From assembly GCA_963718825.1 (NCBI GenBank), contig CAVQZZ010000002.1, positions 2,850,348 through 2,914,347 on the forward strand: DNA of 64,000 bases, in the 5' to 3' direction. This stretch comes from an uncultured Acidobacteriota bacterium (lineage in GTDB: Bacteria; Acidobacteriota; Vicinamibacteria; Vicinamibacterales; CAVVIG01). Numbering within the stretch: the stretch's first letter is position 1; each line of letters starts with the position of its first letter. The notes beneath the pieces were generated by a model that saw only the letters and a program-made list of their open reading frames with translations, was not told where the DNA came from and made no database searches. The translations under genes and the position numbers were made by a program. Below are positions 11,181 to 23,919 of the stretch, piece after piece.

Positions 11181-12472
11181 CGCTGGCGCCGCTACCCGTA
11201 CGACGCTGCCAAACGGCGTCGTGATTCTCGCAAAGCACACGCCGACAACGCCCGCGGTGTCGATCAACCTGGCCATGCGTGCCGGCTCGATCGCCGATCC
11301 GGCCGGACGCGGCGGGCGCGACGCTGGCTGCTGTCGCGTGCGATCGATCGCGGCACGCTCGGCGTCATTCGCGATCCGCCGACGAGATCGCGGAGGAGCT
11401 CGACTCGCCGCGGCATCACGCTGACGATCACGCGTCACGCCGTCATTTGATGTCGTTCGTCTGCACGTGCCTCGCTGAGGACTTCGAGCCGGTGCTGGCA
11501 CTCCTGGCCGACATCGTGATGTCGCCGTCGTTTCCCGACGAAGAGCTCGCGACGCGCAAGGGCGAAGTCGTCACGGCGATTCGGCAGGACGACGACAACC
11601 CGGCCGTCCGCGCCGTCCGAAGCGTTGATGGCGCTGCTCTATCCGGACGGGCACCCGTACGGCCGTCCGACCAAAGGCACGATCGAGTCGTCGAGCGCTC
11701 GACGCGCGACGTGTTGCCGCGCTGCACGCGCGAACGGTTTGCACCCGATCGAGCTGAGCGCCGTCGATCGTCGGCGACGTCGCGCCGCCGCGCGGTCGTA
11801 CGAGGTGGCGTCGCGCGTGTTCGGCGGACTGGCGGACGCCGTCGCCGGACGCCCGTCGCCGTGCCCCGCGGTCGCACCGGCGCACGACCGCCGACGCGCT
11901 CGTGATTCCGATGATGAACAAGGCGCAGGCGGACATTGCGTACGGGTTCACGACCATCACGCGCGCCGATCCCGCGTACTACGCGTACTGGCTGATGAAC
12001 AACGCGCTCGGGCAGTACGCGATCGGCGGGCGGCTTGGCGACAGCATCCGCGAGCGGCAGGGAATGGCGTACTACGTGTCGAGCTCGTTCGATGCGAACG
12101 TCGCCGAAGGGCCGCTGGCGATCCGCGCCGGCGTCAGCCCGGCGAACGTCGATCGCGCGGTGGCGTCGATCGACGAGGAGCTCACGCGGCTGCGACGCGA
12201 CGGCCTGACGCGCGAAGGAGCTCGACGAATCGCGGCCGGTATCCTGATCGGCTCGATGCCGCGCGCGCTCGAAACGAACGGCGGCATCGCGAATTTTCTG
12301 CAGACGGCCGAGTTCTTCGGCCTGGGGCTCGACTACGACGTGCGCCTGCCCGAGCCTGCTTCGCGCCGTGACGCTCGACGAGGTGAACGCCGCGCGCGCC
12401 GGCGCGCCTGGACCCGGAGCGCGCGACCGTCGTCATCGCCGGACCGTACAGCGACGGCATGCAACCGAATGA
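11177..12472 (+). CDS. M16 family peptidase, non-catalytic partner subunit (split by indels)
   Basis: TLPNGVV, HPYGRP and IRERQGMAY (R/Y pair); no HxxEH; tandem with the catalytic M16. Confidence 0.82.
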
Positions 12473-13184
12473 TTCGCGCAGTGTTCTTCGACGTCGACTT
12501 CACGCTGATCTATCCCGGGCCCACGTTTCGCGGCGAAGGGCTATCAGGCGTTCTGCGCGCGGTACGGCATCGACGGTCGATCCGTCGAGGTTCGACGCGC
12601 CGTCGCGAGCGCGGCGCCGCTCCTCGACGCGCCCGAGGACGCCAGATACGATCACGGAGATCTTCGTCGCCTATACGCGCCACATCATCGAGCGGATGGG
12701 CGGCGAGGGCCCGAGGCTCGACGCGTGCGCGCGCGAGATCTACGCCGAGTGGGCGGCGTGCCAGCACTTCGAGCTGTACGACGACGTGCCGCGCGGTGCT
12801 CGCGACAGCTGGCGGCCGGCGGGGTCGCGCATCGGGCTGATCTCGAATTCGCACCGGTGCCTCGCATCGTTCCAGTCGCATTTCGAGCTGCAGGGATCTG
12901 ATCGCAGCGCGCCGTCTCTTCGTCCGAGCACGGGTTCATGAAGCCGCATCCGAGCATCTTCGCCGCGGCGCTGCAGCTGGTGGACGTGCGCCCGATGCGA
13001 GGCGGTGATGGTCGGCGACAGCTTGCGACAGGACGTCGAAGGCGCGCTCGGCGCGGGCATGCGCGCGGTCCTCCTTCATCGCGGCGACGGCGAACACCCG
13101 CTCGCGCGCGAGCTCGCCACGAGAAATGTGCCGGTCATCTCGTCGCTCGACGAGCTGCTCACCAGGGATTTGGTGATTGGGTGA
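12469..13184 (+). CDS. HAD-family hydrolase (split by indels)
   Basis: MIRAVFFDVDFTL motif I; LISN; KPHPSIF; MVGDS...DVEGA. Confidence 0.85.
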
Positions 13185-13254
13185 TCAATTACTAGATCAT
13201 CCAATTGATCACCCAGATCGATCACCAGATCACCAGATCACCCAATTACCCAAT
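13165..13254. repeat. Octamer inverted tandem repeat element (ACCAGATC/ACCCAATT family)
   Basis: GATTTGGT GATTGGGT GATC ... ACCAGATC ACCAGATC ACCCAATT ACCCAATG. Confidence 0.85.
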
Positions 13255-14076
13255 GCCAACGATCACCTACCGCGATCTAACGACCCTGGACGAGTTCGCC
13301 CAGGTCGTCGAGCTCGAGCGCGAAATCTGGGGCGTCGGATACGGCGACGTCGTCCCGGTGCCGATTCTCGCGGTCACCGTGAAGCGCGGCGGCATTCTCG
13401 CCGGCGCATTCGACGGGAGCCGGATGATCGCGTTCGTCTATTCGATTCCGGCGATCAAGGACGGCATGACGACGCAGTGGTCGCACATGCTCGGCGTGCT
13501 CGACGCGTACCGAAGCGCCGGGGTCGGCCGCGCTTGAAGCTGCTGCAGCGCGAACGGGCGCTCGCCATGGGAATCGACCTGATCGAGTGGACCTACGATC
13601 CGTTGCAGGCGATGAACGCGCACCTCAATTTCGCCAAGCTCGGCGTGGTCGCTCACGAGTACGAGGAGAACATCTACGGCGCCTCGACGAGCCCGCTGCA
13701 CAGGGGCAACCCGACGGATCGGTTCGTCGCCGAATGGTGGATTCGAAAGCCGCACGTCGAGCGGCGAATCGCCGGGCCGAAGCTCGTCGTCCGCGCGCAC
13801 GAGGTCAGCGCCGCCCCGAACGCCAACCGCATCGATGGCCAGCGCGAATGCGCCGATGTCGATCTGGCGCTCGACGCGCGGCGGCTCCGCGTCGAAATTC
13901 CGGTCGGGTTCACCGAGATGCTGGCCGCGGAGCCGGAGCTCGCGATGCGATGGCGGGTCGCAACGCGCGAGATATTCACGACGTATTTCGCGCGCGGTTA
14001 CCGCGCGGTCGACTTCTCGCTCGATCGTGAAAACGGCAAAGGCGCCTACCTCTTGGAGGCCCCGGCGCAGGCGTAG
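13253..14076 (+). CDS. GNAT family acyltransferase (one indel near 13530)
   Basis: QVVELEREIWG, WSHMLGV...YRSAGVG, LKLLQRE, WTYDPLQAMNAHLNFAKLG and PTDRFVAEW motifs. Confidence 0.82.
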
Positions 14077-14120
14077 CGGCAGATAAGACCTCCTACCTCG
14101 AGGGCTGTCTGGCGCTCTAC

Positions 14121-16731
14121 TCAATTTCGAATCGCCTCCAGGGGGCTCACCTGCATCGCGCGCCGCGCCGGAAGGATGCTGGCGGCAATCGTCAGGGCGA
14201 GCAGTCCGATGATCACGCCTGCGTATGTTGCAGGATCGGCCGCGCTCGTCTCGAACAGCATCGTGCCGAGCATCGGCGTGACTGCCAGCGCCAAAGCGGC
14301 GCCGACGGCCGCGCCGACCGCCGCGAGCACGAGCGCGCGGCCGATGACGAGTCGGCAGATCGACATCCGTGTGGCGCCAAGCGCGAGCCGCACGCCGATC
14401 TCCGGTATCCGCTGCGCCACGACGTACCAGATCGACCCGTAGATCGCGATCGCGGCGAGCAGCGCAGCCAGCAGCGCCGTCGCGAGCAGCAACGACGCCG
14501 TCGCGCGCGTCTGCGCGACCGAGTTGGCGATACGCGCCTCCATCGTCCGCACGTCGTAGACGGGAAGATTGCGGTCGAGCGCCTGCACCACGCTTCTTGA
14601 CGCGGCGGCAAACGCCGTCGGATCGCCTGCGGTCCGAATCGCGACGCTGAAGTATGGCAGCGGCATCTGCGCGAAAGGACGATACATCTCGGGCACCGGC
14701 TCGCGCGCAAGGCTCGAGTGGTGCACGTCGTCGACCACACCGACGATCCGAAGCCAGCTGCTTGCTTCGTCGCCGGCCGTGACCCGCAGCTGTTGATCGA
14801 GCGGGTTACCTCCAGGCCAGAAGCGCTCGGCCATCGTTCGATTGATGAGCGCGACCGGTTCTGCGCGCGCATCGTCTCGAGCGGTGAACTCGCGTCCTGT
14901 GACGAGACGGATGCCCATCGCCCGGAAATATGCCGGGGTCACCTCGCGCTGATCGACGACGAGGAGGTCTCCAGCCGCTGCGGGCCGGCCCTGGATGGCG
15001 ACGCCGTTTGCGCCTCTCGAGCCGCTGAAGGGAAGCCGCGAGTTCGCAGCCGCCGCCAGAACGCCTGGTTGTGCTTGCAACCGTTCGATCAGCGCGTCGA
15101 TGAAGCGCGCTCGCGCCTCTGCGGAACGATAGCTTCCGTCCGGAAGCGCGATGCGGAAGGTGAGCAGATGATCCGCCGAGAAGCCGGGCTGCACGTGGCG
15201 AAGCCGCGCGACGCTCCGGATCATCAGGCCGCCGGCAGCCAGCAACAGGACCGCAAGCGCGATTTGGACGGTCAGCAGCACGCCGCGAAGACGGTGCGTG
15301 CGGGCGCCGGCGGGAGTGCGCCCGGAAGACTGAAGCGCATCGACGAGACGACTCGCCGGCCTCTGCGCCGCCACCATCAGCGCCAGCCCAAGACCAATCA
15401 GAAGCGAGAGCCCAGCCGTGACCAGCGCGGCCCGTGCGTCGACGTCGATGCGCGCGCCGACCGGGAGCGTGTCGGCGAACAATGGCAGAAGCGCGCGCAG
15501 CGTCCAGTCGCCTACCGCGAGGCCGGCAAGTGCGCCCAGCGCGGAAAGGAGCAGCGTTTCTGCGAGCGCGAGCGACAGCAGCCGGCCTCCAGTCGCGCCG
15601 ATCGCCATCCGCAGCGCGAGCTCGTGCTGACGATCGGAGGCCCGCGCCAGGAGCAGCGTCGCTGTGTTCGCGCACGCGATGACCAGGAGCACCGCGATGC
15701 CCATGAGCAGCACCAGGAGCGCAGGCCGAACCTGGCCAGCCGTCTGCTCGGCCACCGGCACCAGCCGAACGCCAATTCCCTCGTGCGTGGCCGGGTGATC
15801 AGCGGCAACCCGTGCGGCGAGCGACGTCATCTCGCCGCGTGCCTGCGCAAGCGTGGCGCCGTCCGCGAGGCGACCGACGATCGTGTAGTTGTGGCTGATC
15901 GCGTTGTCGCGTTCGGCCGGCGCCATGCGCGCCGGCAGCCAGAGTTCGTCGTCGCCTGCAAGCGGACCGGGCAGAAACGTGGATGGTGGCATCACCCCGA
16001 CGATCGTGTGCTGCACGCCGTCAATCGTCAGCAGACGGCCGAGGATCGTGCTCTCCCCGCCGAAGCGCCGGCGCCATAATCCGTCGCTGAGAATCGCAAC
16101 GGGCGACGCGGCGTCGGCGTCTTCGACGGACGTGAAACCACGGCCGAACTGTGGGTGAATGCCGAGCAGTGGCATCAGCGAGGACGTCACGCGAGCGCCG
16201 CGAATCCGTTCAGGCTCCCCGTTTCCGGTCAGCGTGAAGCTGCCGGTCGAAATCAGGGCGAGCGCTTCGAAAGTGGTGGCGCGACGCCAAGCGGCGTAGT
16301 CGAACGGCGTCGCTTCGAGCTCGAACGCATTTGCCTTCGGCAGCGTCTGCCAGACGAAGACGATCCGCGACGGATCGCGGAAGGGCAGCGGGCGAAGCAG
16401 AACGCCGTCGACGAGCGCGAATACAGCGCTGACGGCGCCGATCCCGAGCGCAAGAGTGCTGACGACCAGAAGCGTGAACGCCGGCCGCTTCGCCGCATTC
16501 CGCCACGCAAATCGAAGATCGCCCCACCAGAGGTCCAGATACATGGCCTGCGTTCTCATCGTCGTGGCATCGGCAATCGATCCGATCGAACGAGCGACCG
16601 CGGCGTCCGACTGATCTGCGCGCGTGATCGATCTCGGCGTCCCATTCGCGCCGCCATTCGTCGCGGCGCCATGCGGGAACGAGGCTCGACGCGAGCCGAA
16701 CGACATAACGCGCGAGCGCCTGAGGCTTCAT
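14121..16731 (-). CDS. ABC permease, Acidobacterial duplicated orphan permease (ADOP; MacB/FtsX repeats); indel near N-terminus
   Basis: DLRFAWR...TLALGIG, two periplasmic MacB_PCD-like domains, ELALRMAIGA and EIGVRLALGA; N-terminal WRREWDAE segment lies in another frame. Confidence 0.9.
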
Positions 16732-17029
16732 CGGACTGGCTTGGCGATCGGGTTGAGCGCGCCCAGCGTGCGCAGCGGGTCGACCGCCGCCGCGAGCGCC
16801 TTGGCGCCGGCGGGCGTGATCTCGTAATAGCGCCGCTGGGGCCGTGCGTCCTTGAACGCCGTCGATTCGCGCTCCCAGGCCGACCGCAGGTACCCGCGTA
16901 TTCGAGCCGCCGCAGCGCGGGATACACGGTTCCCGTTGCGTAGCCGGTAGCGTCGACGATGTCGAAGCCGTACTTGCGGCCGTTGGCGATCGCCTGCAGC
17001 ACGAGCGTGGTCGTCATGGTCATGCGCAT
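16728..17029 (-). CDS. PadR-family transcriptional regulator (one indel)
   Basis: YGFDIVDATG..TGTVYPALRRLE ... RRYYEIT; ATGA overlap with the permease. Confidence 0.88.
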
Positions 17030-17104
17030 GCTATGTAGATAACGTACTTAGGACGGCGCGTCAAGCGCACGGTTAGCAAACGGCCGTCGAGGTGCGGCTG
17101 AGAA

Positions 17105-17446
17105 TTACCCCGGCGGCCAGTGCATCGGCCGGCCGCCGATGAGGTGCAGGTGGATGTGGAAGACCGTCTGGCCGGCGTCGCGGTTCGTGTTGAACACCGT
17201 GCGGAAGCCCGCCGCTGCGATCCCGCGCTCCTTCGCGATCGCCGCGCCGCGCCTGACCATCTCGCCGACGATCGCGTCGTCGTCTGGCGTGAGATCGTTG
17301 AGCGACGCGATGTGCCGCTTCGGCACGACGAGCACGTGCGTGGGCGCCTGCGGGTTGATGTCGTTGAAGGCGAGCACGCGATCGTCCTCGTAGACGATCG
17401 ACGCCGGGATCTCGCGGTCGATGATCTTGCAGAAGAGGCAGTCCAT
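17105..17446 (-). CDS. Histidine triad (HIT) nucleotide-binding protein
   Basis: MDCLFCKI, DINPQAPTHVLVVPKRH and GQTVFHIHLH motifs. Confidence 0.95.
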   Translation of the reverse strand: MDCLFCKIIDREIPASIVYEDDRVLAFNDINPQAPTHVLVVPKRHIASLNDLTPDDDAIVGEMVRRGAAIAKERGIAAAGFRTVFNTNRDAGQTVFHIHLHLIGGRPMHWPPG

Positions 17447-17474
17447 AGAGCCTCGAGCGGTACTCGACGCGATT

Positions 17475-18344
17475 CTACGTGCGTTCGAGCGAGCGCGGTG
17501 CGCGCGATGCCCTGCAGGTCGCGCCGCAGTCCGATCAGTTCTGAGCTCCGGCGAGTCCGCGAGATCAGCTCCTCGATCTCGACGTCCTGGCCGAAGCCGA
17601 ACTCGAAGATCAGCGTAGCCGCCGGCGCCGCAGGCGCGCGGGCGCTTCCTGCGACCAGCCGTCGCGATCACGTGGCAGGCCGTCGCGCGCCGCCAAACAG
17701 CGCGACCGCCGGCTCGTGGTCGCGCACCTCCGGCTGCAGTGCCAGGCCGCGATCGACCTCCGCGACGTACGGCGGGTTCGCAGACGATCAGATCGAAGCC
17801 GTCGCCGGCGCTCGCCGAGCAGATCGCCGCGCACGAAGGTCACGCGGTCCGGCGACGCCGTGCGCGACGCGTTGCGGCGCGCGACGTCGAGCGCGGCTGC
17901 GGAGATGTCGGTCGCGACGATCCGTGCGTCGCGGCCGCTCGTGCGCGAGCGCGACCGCGACGCAGCCGCTGCCGGTGCAGACGTCGGCGACGACGAGCGC
18001 GTCGCGTGCGGACGGAACAGCTCAGCGCCGCCTCGACGATCAGCTCGGTCTCCGGCCGCGGAATCAGCACGGCCGGCGTCACCTCGAACTCGAGACCCCA
18101 GAATTCCCGGTGGCCGACGATGTAGGCGAGCGGCTCGCGGCGCGACGCGGCGGGCGACGAGCGCGTCGTAGCGCGCGCGCGAATCCGTCGGCGTCTCGGC
18201 TGCGCTGCGTCGATCAGGAATCGCTCGGTCGTCCAGCCGAGCACGTGCTGCGCGAGCAGGCGCGCGTCGAGGTCGGCTTCGTCGGCGTGAATGCCCGCCT
18301 CGCGCAGCCGCTGCCGGGCCGCGGCGACGCGCTGGTCGGATGCG

Positions 18345-18348
<4 letters not shown>
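17475..18348 (-). CDS. prmC: Release factor glutamine methyltransferase (heavily split)
   Basis: [32 protein letters not shown] and NPPY motifs; directly downstream of prfA. Confidence 0.88.
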
Positions 18349-19424
<1,076 letters not shown>

Positions 19425-19502
19425 ATTCACGTGAACGTGTCACCGCAGAGCTCGCAGATCCGATCAATGTTCTCTCCGCTCTGCCGCTCGGCGTTCGTAT
19501 CG

Positions 19503-19752
19503 TCATCCGCCCGAGACCGGCGGCAGGAACGCGACCTCGTCGCCGTCGCGCGACGCCGTGATCCATGCGCGCGTAGTCGGCGTTCACCGCGCTCGAGATC
19601 GAGCGCTCGTACTGGCCGAGCTCCGGAAACTCGCCCGCGAGCTGCGCGCCAGACGTCGCCGATCGTCGCGCCCGGCGCGGCAGCTCGCGCGTCAGCTCCG
19701 CCGCGCCGGCGATGTCGCGCAGCCGCGCGAACAGCCGCACCGTCACGCGCAC
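19503..19752 (-). CDS. moaD: Molybdopterin synthase sulfur carrier subunit
   Basis: [21 protein letters not shown] and C-terminal AFLPPVSGG*. Confidence 0.88.
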
Positions 19753-20252
19753 GCGACCCGCTCCGCTTCCGCCCGCGCCGCGCTCGTCGTCCGGATCGGC
19801 CGTCGCGCCTTCGATCCAGACGTCGCCGCCGTCGAAGAACTCGCGCTTCCAGATCGGCGCGATCTGCTTCACGCGCTCGATCGCGTAGCGGCACGCCGCG
19901 AACGCGTCGCCGCGGTGCGGCGACGCGCCGCGATCGCGACGCTCGCCTCGCCGATCTCGAGCCGGCCGATGCGGTGGTGCAGCGCGAGCCGCGCGCCCGG
20001 CCAGCGCTCGGCGATCTCGTCCGCGATCCGCTCGAACGCCTTGAGCGCGAGCGGCTCGTACGCTTCGTACTCGAGATATCGGACGCGGCGGCCCAGGTTG
20101 TGGTTGCGCACGAGGCCCGAGAAACGTGACGACCGCGCCGTCCGCACCGCCGGCCGATCAGCGCCTGGTCAGCCGGCCGCGAGCACAGCGCGCGATCCGA
20201 TCGCAGTCGAGCGGCGTCGTCCGGCCGATGGCCAAGCAGCGGCAGGCGTCAC
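19749..20252 (-). CDS. moaE: Molybdopterin synthase catalytic subunit (split)
   Basis: [33 protein letters not shown] and [12 protein letters not shown] motifs. Confidence 0.9.
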
Positions 20253-20257
20253 GCCTC

Positions 20258-21065
20258 TCAGTATGGACCGCGCTCCAGAAATGATCGAGCGGGCCGTGGC
20301 CGTGGCCGATCGCGCGGCGCGTGCGCGATCGCGCCGGCGACGTATCGCTGCGCCGCGCGCGGCCGCGTCGCGGCAGCGTCGTCGCCGAGCGCGAGGTTCG
20401 CGGCGACCGCCGACGCGAACGTGCAGCCGGTGCCGTGCGTGTGCGTCGTGTCGACCGCGGCGTGCGTGAACTCGGTGAACGCGTGGCCGTCGAACAGCAG
20501 ATCGACGACCTTCGTCGTGGCCGTCCTCGGCGCGTGGCCGCCGGTGATGATCACCGCCGACGGCCCGAGGTCGTGAATGCGCCGCGCCGCCTCGCGCGCA
20601 TCGTCCAGCGAGTCGGATGCGACGGCCGCTCAGCGCTTCGGCCTCCGGAATGTTCGGCGTCACGACGCGCGCGCGCGGCAGCAGCTCCGTGCAGAGCATC
20701 TGCACGCCGTCGTCGTCGAGCAGGCGGTCGCCGCTCGTCGACACCAGCACCGGATCGACGACGACGAGCGGCAGCTCGAGCTCTGCGATCGCGGCCGCGA
20801 CCGCTTCGACGATCGCGGCGTTGGCGAGCATGCCGGTCTTCGACCGCGTGAAGCGCGATGTCGCCGGCGACCGCTTCGATCTGCGCGGTGACGAGATCGG
20901 CGGCGAGCGCCGCCGACGCTGACGACGCCGAGTCGTGTTCTGCGCGGTGACCGCGGTGATCGCGCTGGTGCCGTAGACGCCGAGCGCGGCGAACGTCTTC
21001 AGGTCGGCCTGGATGCCGGCGCCGCCGCTCGAGTCGCTGCCCGCAATTGTCAGCGCTGTACGCAT
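20258..21065 (-). CDS. thiD: Hydroxymethylpyrimidine/phosphomethylpyrimidine kinase (split)
   Basis: LTIAGSDSSGGAGIQADLKTF, KTGML, VVDPV, TPNIPEA and THGTGCTFAS motifs. Confidence 0.93.
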
Positions 21066-21082
21066 ACGCTAAGATCCGCGTC

Positions 21083-21711
21083 ATGCAGCCGACCCTGCTC
21101 ACACTCGTCGTCGACCCGCGCCGATTCGCGCGCGCTCCGGATCGCCGAGCACGCCGGCGCCGTCGCGTTCGTGACCGTGCTGACCGCCATCGCCGCGCAG
21201 ATCAGCATCCCGCTGCCGTTCACGCCGGTGCCGTTCACGTTCCAGCCGATGGTCGTGCTCGTCGGCGCCGCGGCGCTCGGCTCGCGGCTCGGCATGACGA
21301 GCCAGATGCTGTATCTGGCGCTCGGCATCGCCGGCCTGCCGGTGTTCGCCGCGTCGCCCGTGCTGCCGCAGGGCGCCGCGCGCCTGCTCGGCCCGACCGG
21401 CGGCTACCTGACTGAGCCTATCCGCTCGCCGCGTTCGTCGCCGGGCTGGCTCGCGGAGCGCGGCTTCGATCGCCGCTATCTCACGTCGGTCGTCGCGATG
21501 GCCTGCGGGCCTCGCGGTGGTCTTCGCCGGCGGCGTGTCGCTGGCTCGCGCGTCGTCGTCCAGCCGTCGCGCGGCTTCGCCGGCGCGCTCGCCGCCGGCT
21601 TCACGCCGTTCATCGTCGCCGATCTGCTGAAGCTGCTCGTCGCCGCCGGCTGCGATGCCGGCGCTCTGGTGGCTTACGGTCGGACCTGCGCGTCCGAACA
21701 CCAGCAGGTAA
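21083..21711 (+). CDS. bioY: Biotin transporter BioY (split)
   Basis: AQISIPLPFTPVPFTFQ, YLALGIAGLPVFA, GPTGGYL and PFIVADLLK motifs. Confidence 0.9.
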
Positions 21712-22390
21712 CTGAAACGGCGGGAACGTCCTCGCGCGCGATCAGCTGCAGCCCGGCGGCCGCGCGCCGCCTCGATCATCGGCTTCGGATCGACGCGCTG
21801 ATCCGGCGCGGGCCCGGGTCCGCCGCCGCCCGGCGTTGTAGTCCGACGATGCCGAGCCGTCCCTGCGGCTTAGCGATCGCGCGACGTTGCTGCAGCAGCG
21901 CGATCACCGGATCCGTCGACATCTCGTGATACGCGTCGACGATGAGCACCGCGTCGAGGCCGCGGCGGCAGGCGCGGATCGCTCGCCGTGCCGAGCACCG
22001 TCGCGCACGTTCTGCAGGTTCTCGCGCTGCACGCGCCGCCCGATCGCTTCGATCATCGGCGGCTGAATGTCTTCGGCGTAGACGAGCGCCGTTCGGTCCG
22101 ACGCGGCGCGCGAGCCGAATCGTGAACCAGCCGCCGCCGGCGCCGAGGTCGGCGACGACCGAGCCGTCGGCGATGCCAGCGCGTCCATGATCTGATCCGG
22201 CTTCTGCCACTGATCGCGATCGGGCGCTTCGAGCAGACCCAGATCCTGCGGCGCGAACAGACGCGTCTTCGGCTTCGAGCGGGCACGAGGCGCGGGAGGG
22301 GCAGGAGAGCGGGCGCGGTAGGTGCAGGACGGCGAGGGCTGAGAGGCACGAGCAGCAGCACAGATCGCGGCGACGATGCGCGCGATGTTC
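21680..22390 (-). CDS. Class I SAM-dependent methyltransferase, probably secreted (split; ends uncertain)
   Basis: LEAPDRDQWQKPDQIMDAL, VADLGAGGGWFT, VYAEDIQ and DAVLIVDAYHE motifs. Confidence 0.8.
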
Positions 22391-22450
22391 TGTCCAACCT
22401 GCTGCCCGCCCTTCCAGCCCATCCACGCGCCTACCCGCCCTTCTGTCTCT
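22283..22450. repeat. Degenerate nonamer inverted repeats at the aspA/methyltransferase junction
   Basis: GGCACGAGG CGCGGGAGG GGCAGGAGA GCGGGCGCG facing CTGCCCGCC CTTCCAGCC CATCCACGC GCCTACCCGCC. Confidence 0.5.
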
Positions 22451-23852
22451 CCGACGATGCCGCCTCGCGTCATCGCATCGACCGACAGGATCTCGTCGAG
22501 CCGCGCTGGCGTCGAGCAGCCCGCGCTCGAGCACGAGCTCGCGGATCGTCCGTGCCGGTCTTCACCGGCGTCCTTCGCGATCTCCGCCGTCGCCGCGTAG
22601 CCGATGTACGGGCTGAGCGCGGTCGCCGCCGCGGTGCTGCGATCGAGCAGCTCGCGCGCGCGCGCTTCGTTCGGCGGCGATGCCGTCGACGCAGCGCAGC
22701 CGGAGCACCTTCATCGCCTCGCGCAGGATCGTCGACGCGTGCAGCGCGTTCCACGCGATCACCGGCATCATCACGTTCAGCTCGAGCTGGCCCGCTTCGC
22801 ACGCCATCGCGATCGTCGTGTCGCAGCCGATCACCTGGAAGCAGACCTGGTTCACCATCTCGGGCACCGACGGGTTCACCTTGCCCGGCATGATCGACGA
22901 GCCGGGCTGCACGGCCGGCAGCGCGATCTCCGACAGCCCGGCGCGCGGCCCCATGCTGAGCAGCCGCAGGTCGCTCGCGATCTTGCCGAGCTCGACCGCG
23001 AGCCGCCGCATCGCGCCCGAATACGCGAGCACGTCGCCCATGCTCTGCGTCACGCGAAACAGATTCGCCGCGGGCTGCGAGCGGCAGCCTCGTGTAGCGC
23101 GCGAGATTCTGCGACGACGAGCCGACGGATAGTCGTCGCCGGCGTTCAGGCCGGTGCCGACGGCGGTCGCGCCGATGTTCAGCTCGCGCAACTGCTCGGA
23201 CGCCGCGCGCGACATCGTCGGCGCCGCGGCGGACGCACTCGGCGTAGCCGCTGAACTCCTGCCCGAGCGTGATCGGCACGGCGTCCTGCAGGTGCGTGCG
23301 TCCGGTCTTGAGCACGCCGGCGAACGCGTCGGCCTTGCGCGCGAAGGCTGTCGGCGAGCGCGCGCGCGGCGGCGACGAGCGGCGCCGCGCCGAGCAGCAG
23401 CGCGAGCCGCGTCGCCGTCGGGAAGACGTCGTTGGTCGACTGGCCCATGTTGACGTGATCGTTCGGGTGCACGCGCGTGTACGTGCCGCGCGGCTCGCCG
23501 AGCAGCTCCGCGGCGCGGTTGGCGAGCACCTCGTTCGCGTTCATGTTGTGCGACGTGCCGGCGCCGGCCTGGTACACGTCGACGACGAACTGGTCGCGGA
23601 GCTCGCCGGCGAGGATCTCGTCGGCCGCGGCGACGATGGCGCGCGCGACGTCGGCGTCGAGCCGGCCGAGCGCCGCGTTGGCTTCGGCCGCGGCTTTCTT
23701 GACGAGGATCGTCGCGGTGACGAGATCGGCCGGCGCGCGCAGGCCGCTGATGCGGAAAGTTCTCGACCGCGCGCGCCGTCTGCACGCCGTAGTACGCGTC
23801 GGCCGGGACGTTCAGCTCGCCGAGCGGATCGCGTTCGACTGCGGAAGCGCAT
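22440..23852 (-). CDS. aspA: Aspartate ammonia-lyase (fumarase/aspartase superfamily; split; 3' end uncertain)
   Basis: [46 protein letters not shown] and the AspA-type signature [26 protein letters not shown]. Confidence 0.85.
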
Positions 23853-23902
23853 CACCGGTCACCGCCACGAGCCACCAGTCACGAGCCACTGCAGTCACCA
23901 GC
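23852..23902. repeat. Heptamer tandem repeat in the aspA/fumarase divergent spacer
   Basis: CACCGGT CACCGC CACGAGC CACCAGT CACGAGC CACTGCAGT CACCAGC. Confidence 0.65.
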
Positions 23903-23919
23903 TCAGTATACTGGCCCCT

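Noticed and set aside
14121..17029. PadR plus permease lacking an ATPase as a novel system
   Set aside because: Already described as the Acidobacterial PadR/ADOP pairing.
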